Below, in pieces: positions 51,601 to 60,846 of a DNA stretch of 64,000 nt (positions are counted from its first letter, which is position 1; every line of letters begins with the position of its first letter). The notes beneath the pieces are model-generated. The model saw nothing but the letters and a program-made list of their open reading frames with translations, was not told the DNA's origin and did no database searches. This stretch comes from Trypanosoma brucei (lineage: Eukaryota): NCBI GenBank assembly GCA_000002445.1, contig CM000208.1, forward strand, positions 2,304,001 through 2,368,000. Direction: 5' to 3'. Position numbers and translations under genes: made by a program.

Positions 51601-54179
51601 TCCTTAGTGAGAATTTCGGTGTTGCCGTACCGCCACCCCTGGGGAGAGAGTGCAGCTTTCGGCAATGGTTGCAAAGCATCCTCGTGAAGTATGCGCCGAC
51701 GGAGCTGCATCGGCTCGAATGGTACGTAGGCGAGTATTCTGTCAAAGACAACAGAGAGGTGGAAGGCTTCTTCGTTACGAACACATACAAGAGGAGGGGG
51801 AAGGAGGAAGTCAATGTCCATATTTCCGTGGAAACGGTATCAAACTTGCATTGCGATGGTTTGGTCGTTGCCTCTGGTTCGTGTTCGATGACGGCGGAGT
51901 TAGGGGGAAGGACGGTCTGCCGTATCCCCGCTGTGGAGGGAAGCAACGGCTTCTTCAACATTTCAGGGGAATTCGATGTTGTCATCCCTCAACCACTAAC
52001 GCAGACACTGCGCCTTCTTGTGAGCGTCAAGGCAGGCTCAAAACGTAGCCACGGAGAATGTGTCATATCATTCGCGGATGTGCACCGCAAGGCAGCTCGT
52101 GGGCAAGCTCACTACATTGTGGAAGGCCCAGGACTCCCGTCGGCCTCCCCCATTGGTTACGTAACCGTCTCAATGTCCTGTGACCGTTGCGGCAGAGTGG
52201 GGACGCCATCAGATTATGCAGATAGGAGTCTATATACGAGGATGCGTGATTACTATTACTATTACATTCGTGAACGACTTCACGTGGTGAACGTCACTTA
52301 CAGCAAGAAAGTTGATGTGGACAACCATCTGAGAAAGCTGGTGGAGGTGTATGGCCCAGAACCCAGCACCCGTCAACTCCATCTAGAAATTGTGCAGTGT
52401 AATTTTCCAGGCATTGCCGACGGTACTCCCTATTTTGCTCTCGAAGTCGGACTCCTGCAGTATAGGACAGTACCTGTCGCCGACAACCCTGACTCCCATT
52501 TCAAAGGGTCATTTGACATTCATCTTGGATTACCCGAAAAGGATGAACTAAACCTGATAGTGTTTATGAGTCGTGCGTGTGAGTTGCTTGATGTGGAGGT
52601 TGGACGAACCTTGATACCCCTCAGGAACGTCGTGTGCGGGAAGAAAATGCTTTTCCGTCTCCCACTCGTGCGACAGGCTCAGACAAAATATGCTAAAATC
52701 CATGGCTCCGTTGAAGTTTTGCTTTACACCAATGATTTTGGTCTCCCGTCCGAGCAGCAGAGGCACGCTCTGCATCACAGCCTTTGCGATCGAGTACAGT
52801 GGGAGGTTTCTCATTCCAACCCAAAGGACATTCATCGGATCCCCAATTTTCTCGCGGGAATACAGGTGCAAAGCGGGTGGGTTAGCGGTCAAATGGAATG
52901 TAGATCGTTACCTCGGCCTGGCTCAGCGTCAGATAACGCAATCCGTGTTCTCTTTCTTGGGTTTCAATGCCTTCCTGAAAAAGGTGTCTACATAAAAGTG
53001 AAGTTGGATGGCTGTAAGAAGCTTCTACGCACAGGCGACCTGTCGGGGAAGCGGCTTGCTTGCGTCAATGAAGAATTCACCATTGAAGGTTCTGCTGTAC
53101 TGAAAAACACAGTTTTTACGTTGAAGTTAGCAGAAAGTAAGACAAATGAATCGCGCGCGTTATGTTACTGCGACTTCACTCTAGCAGATTGTCCCCCTGG
53201 ATGTGTGTCTAGAAAGTGGCTGCGTCTCTTCGACGACAGGGGCAGGTCTATGGGCCAACTAGGCATTCAGGTGGACGCACCAGCTTCCTCAAGCTCATTT
53301 TTCTCTCGCAGCAGCAGCAACCGGTCCCATCACGACGTGGAGCGAGTCACGGATGATGTCGTGTCACTTCTACAAAAGTACTTGCCGCAAGGGCTGCGGC
53401 GACTCGACCTGATAATTAACCATTCCGATAATGTGAGTGCCGTTCATCGTGTGCTTCGCAAGGAACTGGCACCCAAAGTGCAAGCGACAATATACTGCCA
53501 GGTTCAGCAAATCAGATTGCGAACTCCAGCAAGGATATACCCCCGAGTCGAGTTTTCTTCAGCTGACGAGGTTCAATACGTAACGGAGCGCACATACGGG
53601 GAGTGTATGGTGGACTCAAATACGCCATCCCGAAAGAGAGGGGCCGTTTACCTCCACTTTTCTTCAGTCCGTTTGGATGTGAACGGGGCAGATGCGCTGC
53701 GGATTTCTGTTCATGATGGTGAGGCGAGAGAGGGGTGTGAGAAGTTAGGGAGTGTGGTGCTTTCGTTGCGAGCACTTCTAACCCCGACACTGTACGGCAC
53801 AAATGAGATATTGAGGGCGCCGCTTGTCAAACTGTGGCGTACCGGGATTAAAACACGGGCAGTCGTGGCTGGAACCATAACCTTCCACCTTAGTATCCCT
53901 ATTTTTGAGCGGTACCCAGCGGCGCTATGCCTCTCCGAGATCTTTCCGTGCGCTGTGGACCGAGATGTGATACGATGTTATTTCAACAAAATATCTTCAG
54001 TGCTGCGGTGCCACGATACGGGTTCACTCGTGGACATCCACCGCAAGGTGTTTGAGGAGCTTGTCGTGAAACCAAATGGGTCGGTTGAGCTGCGCAACTT
54101 CCTCCACCAATTAGCGGAACGGTGGGGCGTGGACGTGAGTTCTCTTGACGCCACTTCCCCCGACTGGTCGTTTTGTTGA
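48597..54179 (+). CDS. Giant multi-C2-domain protein (about 1838-1860 aa) built from repeated C2 + ~55-aa helical-linker modules. The first ATG at 48597 lies next to a (TA)n microsatellite. The true start may be the ATG at 48666 or one further downstream.
   Basis: Several C2-like beta-sandwich signatures are present (e.g. YVVARMGVDRYETRVVRNSTKPDYFEFFEFFIDQ...LTLVVMDQYDMGTDKEVGRTVIPLEN and VVVVVTMGSQSNRTDAKRVT...). Recurring linker motifs are DFGLPSEQQR, ELHRLEWYVGEY and YGPEP. It is paralogous to the next gene. Confidence 0.85.
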   Translation: MAVCLFVYVCVAQRGTNIYIYALMNKLLITLHGCHIMHSPGLSTVSPRVLIVVDGVYEFVAHGKASTFTSYFNELFTVGYIDRLTVVEVLVYNSSTTGCGDYNEQQLLGTCRLSTVWLFQGKTPKRRRHVLANDAGIAGTVELTLMLDTSREGKGSFEEETNEWCASRLVRFLMHNDKGRLRDVDLLLSTMETDGAPLRPLASPPKCAAASSESSRSSCAAFEELMRNLCEEYHCEEPPQCRVRVALEGCTSLEESDKHHSSNVIVVFRSTAEEFVSPSRPYTSNPVWGSTLGTATFDVCNPEDFVLDVIVYRITSSSGYVEVGRARIRVYMLTTEYSSKRQYFIFRHDSYITPCVTGAVHITIKPLGFGLSPKDAGGTADLFHARLNRFFYRYDRRRLQEVDIILYSRRNKLDELMDELEVYYGREPGTAVLCLTVEEVQSLLHVASTDLDGEDVVVVVTMGSQSNRTDAKRVTANSRIVFGNAFQIDVVRETDMIRFEVVKAGCEDVVYGSVDFTCLRIQKGVENTRTLYLVGAAGTEKAFLSGTITVTFFSENLGQSYTADTESECMYAGRLRRYACQHAPEKLHLVDVAVATVFDTEGFMKEMSRDYGEENPTYVLYMTVLGCRKLRKRFGFTMSAYVVARMGVDRYETRVVRNSTKPDYFEFFEFFIDQFAHTELTLVVMDQYDMGTDKEVGRTVIPLENAIPEHQYNLWLPLMKDGCSNCGFVGVKFVVKDLQLRDSLCDHVKAGTFSERCGPRQEELTSPNESRRATGVTNFSNALYHLFGGWGKRIFRAPRWQPWRDESSKGFSKLKVSEGVSGCEHGSDHPVLANIIDDGIYSASEFLRPRTARTAPKLLSNLLVKQRARHTLVPQTPNSTTGRRFLHVHLHYCDDLEERRLVPPSPCVMLATLRTTYISRTAFETCSPRYDDVFHFPITCPDEDFLTITVMTDTPYGRKTLGFCMLSIKNVCYGMPQTRYVALVVAPHGSVAQQRGVVCLSLLSENFGVAVPPPLGRECSFRQWLQSILVKYAPTELHRLEWYVGEYSVKDNREVEGFFVTNTYKRRGKEEVNVHISVETVSNLHCDGLVVASGSCSMTAELGGRTVCRIPAVEGSNGFFNISGEFDVVIPQPLTQTLRLLVSVKAGSKRSHGECVISFADVHRKAARGQAHYIVEGPGLPSASPIGYVTVSMSCDRCGRVGTPSDYADRSLYTRMRDYYYYYIRERLHVVNVTYSKKVDVDNHLRKLVEVYGPEPSTRQLHLEIVQCNFPGIADGTPYFALEVGLLQYRTVPVADNPDSHFKGSFDIHLGLPEKDELNLIVFMSRACELLDVEVGRTLIPLRNVVCGKKMLFRLPLVRQAQTKYAKIHGSVEVLLYTNDFGLPSEQQRHALHHSLCDRVQWEVSHSNPKDIHRIPNFLAGIQVQSGWVSGQMECRSLPRPGSASDNAIRVLFLGFQCLPEKGVYIKVKLDGCKKLLRTGDLSGKRLACVNEEFTIEGSAVLKNTVFTLKLAESKTNESRALCYCDFTLADCPPGCVSRKWLRLFDDRGRSMGQLGIQVDAPASSSSFFSRSSSNRSHHDVERVTDDVVSLLQKYLPQGLRRLDLIINHSDNVSAVHRVLRKELAPKVQATIYCQVQQIRLRTPARIYPRVEFSSADEVQYVTERTYGECMVDSNTPSRKRGAVYLHFSSVRLDVNGADALRISVHDGEAREGCEKLGSVVLSLRALLTPTLYGTNEILRAPLVKLWRTGIKTRAVVAGTITFHLSIPIFERYPAALCLSEIFPCAVDRDVIRCYFNKISSVLRCHDTGSLVDIHRKVFEELVVKPNGSVELRNFLHQLAERWGVDVSSLDATSPDWSFC

Positions 54180-55656
54180 TGGCGCCGCGCTTTACTGTGA
54201 AAGACTGTTAAGTACATATGTATGTTTATATTGTTTGCAGGGCTCGTGGAACGGTTCGGATGTAAGTGTTTGTGATGTGGTAGTCGTTCGTTTCTGTCAT
54301 GATGTTTAGTAGCGTAAAATAAAGTATTCGTTTATTTATTTGTTGTCCCTTTTTTTAAAAAAAAAATTGTGTAATACCCCTTCTCGCAAAAGTAACGGAA
54401 GAACGGGGCGGTTCTTCCTGAAAGACTGTGAAAATAAAAACAGTACGATACACCGCTGGTGTACAGGGGGAAAGGGGGAAAAAAGGAAAGTCAAGTATGG
54501 TATAGTATTTATTTGTTTGTAGTCTGCTGGCCCCGTGTATTATATGGCAAAACTGAATATAGTGGAACCGTACGTACGGCACTTCGTTCGGTGCCTTTTT
54601 TTTTTTGCGCTGTTTCGTTTATTTGATGCCCTTCATGACTTCTCTTTCCCCCACTGAATCTTACGGTTTTGGCATTACTTACTCGATGGTGGTAACGGGT
54701 TCCGTCATCTTGTCTTTTTATATTTTAAACCTCTTGTTAGCCCGGTTTTCGTTTTTTTCTTTTCTTAAAAAAAAAAAATAATCTAACTCCTGTTTGTGTT
54801 TTTTGGAACAGATCGATGTATGTGGTTGAGGTGTAGAGAGGACAACAGGCACAACAACTTGTGCGATATTACGTGTCGCATGTTAGTTTCCTACCCTTTT
54901 TGTTGCTGTTGTTGTCCTTCACTTCTGTCAGCGGCTTACTTGTTCGTAAAAGTGTCATGGGAGAGGAGAGAGTTCGATTGGAACACTTCCTGATGTGGAA
55001 AACGATTAAGTCTTTTTTCCCCCTTCTGTTCGCTGTGGCTTATTGGTAGACCCCTCATGTGAGCACTTTTATTCTGCTCCCCCTTTGTACTGTTTTCCGT
55101 CTGTGCGAAAACCACTCGTGCCTCTTCTTGTATACTTCGTCATGATACCTTCTTTCTATTTTCTCCTTCTCATTCTTATCATCAATTTACCGTTTCCTTT
55201 CCCCCCTTTTTTTTCGCACTGCCCCCAAAGTGTTCATTTAAACCCCCACTATCACAGTGGTTGTGAACTGAGTGTGTAGAGTGCAGGAGGCGGATAACAA
55301 CAAAAGGGCTCCATCACTGACACTACGCTACCCGCCACCTGTGTTTTGAACGGTACGCACACACATAAGCACACAAGCAGAAAAAGAAAACGAAAAAAGA
55401 AAGGGAGACATTAGGGGTTTCAAAAGGGAGAGTAATTCGAAGAGCAGAGAAGGAAGGGGAACATCACGGCACATATTCCTAGAAGGGCGATTGTTAATAA
55501 TTTGCTCGGACGAGGGAGGGCTACGAGAGGAAGTGAGTGAGACGAACAGAAGTCACATTCTCACTGATAGTGTTGTGCGAGGGTTTTTGTGTTTCAAGAC
55601 AACGAGAATATTGTCCATTTAAGCAGGGTAACACTTCGTCACCCTCGTAGAAATAT

Positions 55657-58600
55657 TTGCAAGTAACCATGAAGGACAGTTATCGCGATCCCAACAGGGC
55701 AAAGAGCTACGCGTCGTCCGCCGATGCCTTTTCTTCTAGTGCGCAACGTTCATGTGCTGTCGGTAGTGCCACCTGGAACGGCTCGCCCTGCGATAATTCG
55801 CCCAGTAGCACATTTATAAGTAGCACCGGAAGAAACACTGGGAAGTTGCATAAGGTGGGGTTTCGGAAAAGAGAAACGACTGCCCCACGTGGTGAAACGC
55901 ATCCGCCGAGGGTCCCAAGAAAGCAGACGCCACCGACTGCGAGGAGCAGGCCGGTGCCCCCTTTGGCGTTGACGCAAACAGGTGCAAGAACAGAACGCGG
56001 TCACAGAATGGATTTGAGGGTACGTGTCGAGGGCGTCAAAAAATTGCTTCCCCCTAATAGCGCATCGAAAGCCCTACCCTCAACCTTCATTATGGTTCAA
56101 ACAGCAACAGGGCGTGGCAAAACGCCGGTAATTTTCAACAACGCTAATCCTCCTTTTAACGACGAGTTCGTGTTTACCGTTAGAGATCCCAAATTAGATG
56201 AAATTACGGTTGTATTAGTCTCGCACACACCATCTGGAAACAAAAAATTGGGACAGTGCGTTCTTTCTCCTGGAAATCTTGTGTGTGGCGAAGAGAAGAG
56301 GCGATGGGTTTCTATTGTCCGCCATCCTGGAACAGATCAAGCTCGCGACTACGCTCCCATGCTACTTAGTATGTATACTGAAGACTTCGGCCTTCGGTGT
56401 GGACCATCAGAAGCGAAAGAAAGTGAATTCCGCGAAAAGCTTCGTGCGCTTCTTAAAAACAACGCACCACGGGAGCTCCACCGTCTCGAGTGGTATGTGG
56501 GAAGTTGCGTAGGTGACTATGATGGTGCTTTTTCTCAGCTGTGCTCAAAGTATCGCAAGTCAAAGGGCACACCTGCGGCGTTTCAGCTTGTCATTAACGC
56601 AGTCTCTGACTTGACCGATGGTAATGGATCACCAAGCGCTTGTGAGACGTGCTGCGTGAAAATTTACGCGGGTCGGGTGAAACGGGTCACCCCAATGGCC
56701 TTGTATCGATCCTCGGCAGTATTTAACGAAGTCTTCAACCTGTCATTAGATGACCCCTTGTCGTCTGGAATAACTCTCTGCGTCTGTTCGCCACGCGGTA
56801 AGATTGGTGAATGCGTTGTCTCTCTGAGAGGGATCCAGAAGGGCGTCGCGAAGGAGCGCACAAATTCTCTTGTTTATGCTGCTGGGACCGGGGATGCAAG
56901 TCTCTGTGGAACCATTTCCTTTACCCTTTACTCACAGACGTTCGGAGTGGAAAATCCCATTGAAGAGGCAGAAGAGAACGCCAGGCGTACTCGGCTGCAG
57001 AACTATCTGTGGAATTATCTCCGAGATGACCTACATCGTCTAGACCCCATTCTATACTCCATCACTGACGTGGATTCCTTCATGAGTGTGTGGACGCGCA
57101 CGTACGGTCCGGAGCCCCGACAACACCTTCTACGGCTCCGAATTAAAAATTTGAGGCTCCTGACCAAACTGAAGAGTCCCGAAGAGTTTACGGTCGTATT
57201 ACGTACAGGACCAAATGCATATCGAACTTCCTGTGTTCGCTACTCACAAGACTTCAGATTCTGTGATGAATTGGTGGTCAGTGTGTGCACTCCATCCGCC
57301 GCCGAGTTCACTTTTATTGTGGTGAAAACATCGGACGTACACGAGGTAGAGATGGGTCGGGCCACCGTGTCCTTTGCAGATATTCCGCAGAGCTCTGTAT
57401 TCAAACGTGATATAATCATCTATGAGGACGCCTTACAGGTCGGCTCCAAAGACTTTGGTACGCTTTTTATTGAGGGGATTACGAACGACTTTGGTCTGCC
57501 GTCGGAAACCTTAACTCCTGAAAGGAGAGAATACTACAGACGACGTGTCGCATCGATTTTGTCCCGCTACAAACCGACTGAGGTATACCGTTGTGACTAC
57601 CTTCTTGGCACCCACTCGGGAATGGAGGAGCAGCTTGTGAGGCGTTTATCAGAGGAGTACGGCCCCGAAACCGGTAACGCGCACGTCAATATCCAAATTT
57701 TGGCAATTAATGACTTCATGCTCTCCTCTCCCTGCTACGTTAAGGTATACGTGGATGACGTTCAGGTACTTAGAACAAAGAGCCACCGCACAGCCCTGAA
57801 TATGCAGTTTGATATATCCCTGAACAACTCCGCAACGCTGCAGATAGAGAATCCCCTCCGCTCGCTACTGAGGTTTGAGTTGATGGAGCCTCGGAGGTTT
57901 CTGCGATCCCGGGTTGTGGGCGTGGCAGAGTTAAGCCTGGTCAAGATGGTACCGAATGAGAAGAATGTGTACCGGCTTCCAGTGTTTAACGCTGAGCGAA
58001 ACGGAGAGGTTGGAACTCTGAGTGTGGAAATAGAATCACCAAGTCTGAGGCACGACGTGTCAGCCATTTTCGACACTCCCCGCGAAGAAGATGACGCCGA
58101 GCTATTCGAAAATGTAATGAAAGATGTAACAACTCTGGTAAGCAAGTACTGCCCTCAGAACTTGCCCCATGTCCAGCCGATGGTGGCCAAGGCAGCGTCA
58201 TTGAGGGATGTCCACCGCGAGCTTAGGGACAAGTTCACACCAAAGCGGGTTGCTTTCACTTTTTACGTACATATTGACAAGCTGGACCTATCGAACCGCG
58301 AGGACATTGAGGCGTATGACGAGGGTCTTATTTCTGTCGAGGCTTACTTCATGAACGAGCGTGTTGTGCAGCCAATGAAGGTAAGTGATGTAAGCAAAGC
58401 AAGGGCGAGTAAGTTGTTTCCCGAAATTCGTTTCGATATCGTTCACCCACACTCATCAGAGCCTGACTGTAGCTTGCCCATACTTGAGATCGTGATGCAC
58501 AAAAAGAACTATAGTACCTTCAAACCCCTTCTAGCTGTTACGAGGCATGGCACTGCTGCTGCAGCGAAACCTCTGAACGTACAAACAACAGAAATGGGCC

Positions 58601-59214
58601 GTGTGGTTCTCTCGGCGCGGGCCCTTCTAACAGAGTGCATGTACTCCCTTGGAGAACCGGTTACTGTAGGTCTTGTCTCTTCAGGGGAACGCGCTCCACA
58701 GGGAGGTACCGTGTTTGGGGACATCGAAAGCTGTCAACGTGCCTACATTGGCGACCTAACGTTGCGCGTGACTGTTCCTTCATTTGAAACCATACCGCGA
58801 TGCTTACAGTTTAGCTCTCACGTCACACGAGATTTTCAACAGGATTACGTCCGTTATCACGCTGACCGAATCTTCAGTCTGTACCGAGCTCACGATCCAT
58901 GGAAGCTGCGTGAATTTTACTACTTGCTCTTCGAGAGGGATGTGGCTTTGGGCAAGTGGCCTCGATCACTACATAATTGGTTGGTAAATTGTATCAAACT
59001 GTATGGACCAGAGGCCCCTGGTACCTATGGACCGCCTCCCAAGCTTCGTTTGGGTTTGAAGGAGTGGGATCAGCAACGAGTCAATAGAACGACGGCGAGT
59101 ACTGCGTGCACATCAAGCGGGTATAACACAGCTCGAGGAAGCAGCTCCGCATTTCCTTCAAACGCATTCAGCGGCAGCGCCAGGCGTTCCCGGAACGGCG
59201 ATCATGGACAGTAG
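55657..59214 (+). CDS. Multi-C2-domain protein (1185 aa), a paralogue of the upstream 1860-aa gene. It has an N-terminal S/R/P-rich disordered region and at least 5 C2-like domains, each followed by a helical linker.
   Basis: The first C2 is MDLRVRVEGVKKL...TFIMVQTATGRGKTPVIFNNANPPFNDEFVFTV...ITVVLVSH. Shared motifs with the upstream gene: ELHRLEWYVGSC, TRTYGPEP, EEYGPETG, NDFGLPSE, TEDFGL. Confidence 0.85.
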   Translation: MQVTMKDSYRDPNRAKSYASSADAFSSSAQRSCAVGSATWNGSPCDNSPSSTFISSTGRNTGKLHKVGFRKRETTAPRGETHPPRVPRKQTPPTARSRPVPPLALTQTGARTERGHRMDLRVRVEGVKKLLPPNSASKALPSTFIMVQTATGRGKTPVIFNNANPPFNDEFVFTVRDPKLDEITVVLVSHTPSGNKKLGQCVLSPGNLVCGEEKRRWVSIVRHPGTDQARDYAPMLLSMYTEDFGLRCGPSEAKESEFREKLRALLKNNAPRELHRLEWYVGSCVGDYDGAFSQLCSKYRKSKGTPAAFQLVINAVSDLTDGNGSPSACETCCVKIYAGRVKRVTPMALYRSSAVFNEVFNLSLDDPLSSGITLCVCSPRGKIGECVVSLRGIQKGVAKERTNSLVYAAGTGDASLCGTISFTLYSQTFGVENPIEEAEENARRTRLQNYLWNYLRDDLHRLDPILYSITDVDSFMSVWTRTYGPEPRQHLLRLRIKNLRLLTKLKSPEEFTVVLRTGPNAYRTSCVRYSQDFRFCDELVVSVCTPSAAEFTFIVVKTSDVHEVEMGRATVSFADIPQSSVFKRDIIIYEDALQVGSKDFGTLFIEGITNDFGLPSETLTPERREYYRRRVASILSRYKPTEVYRCDYLLGTHSGMEEQLVRRLSEEYGPETGNAHVNIQILAINDFMLSSPCYVKVYVDDVQVLRTKSHRTALNMQFDISLNNSATLQIENPLRSLLRFELMEPRRFLRSRVVGVAELSLVKMVPNEKNVYRLPVFNAERNGEVGTLSVEIESPSLRHDVSAIFDTPREEDDAELFENVMKDVTTLVSKYCPQNLPHVQPMVAKAASLRDVHRELRDKFTPKRVAFTFYVHIDKLDLSNREDIEAYDEGLISVEAYFMNERVVQPMKVSDVSKARASKLFPEIRFDIVHPHSSEPDCSLPILEIVMHKKNYSTFKPLLAVTRHGTAAAAKPLNVQTTEMGRVVLSARALLTECMYSLGEPVTVGLVSSGERAPQGGTVFGDIESCQRAYIGDLTLRVTVPSFETIPRCLQFSSHVTRDFQQDYVRYHADRIFSLYRAHDPWKLREFYYLLFERDVALGKWPRSLHNWLVNCIKLYGPEAPGTYGPPPKLRLGLKEWDQQRVNRTTASTACTSSGYNTARGSSSAFPSNAFSGSARRSRNGDHGQ

Positions 59215-60846
59215 TTTGCCGGTTGGTTCCCACAGGAAATGGGCAGTTTTGGGGGGAGATTGTGGCTTATGAGTATGCCAGAACGGGTGCGCCACGATGG
59301 AGAAATAACATTAGAAAATCCTACGCCGTCATCCATATATGCGTATGAATGTATATATGTCTGTATAAAAAAAAAATGGGGTGGATGATGCTAGAAGATT
59401 GAATGAGAGATGTAAGACAGGCAGTGTAGGCGAAGCGAGGAGGGCAGGCGAGAGGGTGTGCTCGCACTGCACCCCTGTTTGTGTTCACACTTGTAGTGTA
59501 TGTATCTATATCTGCGACAAATGTACGAATTTTAAATTTCTGACTTTACAGTAGCGCCTTGATGCCTTTTTGGAGTGGAGTGCGCAGGTGAAAAAGAATG
59601 GGGAAGTTGAATGCGGTGGAAGTGCACTTGATGTGTGTGCCTGCGCATACATGTGCGGATGTGGATGTGCATGTGAGAGGTGGTGCGTGGCCGCAATCAG
59701 GATGCTGGAGCGTTTCCCGTTATTTTATCATCCTCTAGGGGAACTCTTTTTTTTTTTTTTTGCCATGCTTCGCATTCGCTATGTGGAATAAGACCGCCAG
59801 TTTACCTTCTCGGTATACTTCACTACCCTTTAGAGCATATGGGTAACCAGCTGAGGATGCACGGGCGAGCTCATGGTTTTGTCCATTTCCCTAAATTGAG
59901 GGTGGATGGGAAAACCAGTTGTCGAATCCAATCTCTCTTTTCTCCCCTCCCCCCCCCAAGTCAGTCCGCTGCGGCGGCACTCAAAATGCAAGTAGCATCA
60001 CGTATGACCTTCTGTTTTCTTCCTTTTTTTTCCTTCAGTTTTTTTTTCCTCCGCTATATGTTCACTTTTTTTTTGTGTGTGTGTGTGCACTGATTGACTC
60101 CGGTAGTGGTGGTTTCATTGAAGCATTTATTCCGTATTTCCTCCTCCTTTCGCTTTGTCAGATCCCTGGTCCTTCAGCGCAAGAACTAAACCGCACCATG
60201 TTTCCCGTTGCGCATTGTTTTTATTGTTTTGTCGCTTGCACTCTCCCTTGTATAGTTTTGTTTGTTTTTTTTTTTGTTTTGTCTCCTTCGCCGCTCCATG
60301 ACCCTTTTCCCCCTTTCTGAATGTGCTTTGCGACTATGGGAAACGAAAGTGTGGGAAATGTACAGCAAAATACGACAGAGTGGTACGTTTAGAAGGAAGG
60401 AAATGGAAAATGCAACCTGTGAGAAAAAGGGGGGAAATGTGCACGACAAGGAAGGAAGAAACCAAGGAGAAGTTGCCTTCATGATAGAAAACTGCTTGCT
60501 ACACGTTACGGATATCTTTTTTAATACTACAATGAGCTACCGAACATGTGTATAAGAGCATCATTTTTCTTCCTGTATTATCAGCTGTTGCGCATCTGAT
60601 GTGATTCTACCCTAACCTCCTTCATTATTTTCTTTTCTTTAGTCACTGATCCTACTTCCTCTGCATCGAGGTTGTTATTTCTGTCTTAACTAATCAACTG
60701 CTCGGGTACTGCGGCCACTCGGGCAGTGCAACACGTGTAAACGTACATAAGCAAATACATTCTTTCGTATATATATATATATATATTCGTATAGTTGTTG
60801 AAGCGGACCTCTTCCTATAGCTTTGTAGGCCAAGAAGGTAGCAAAA

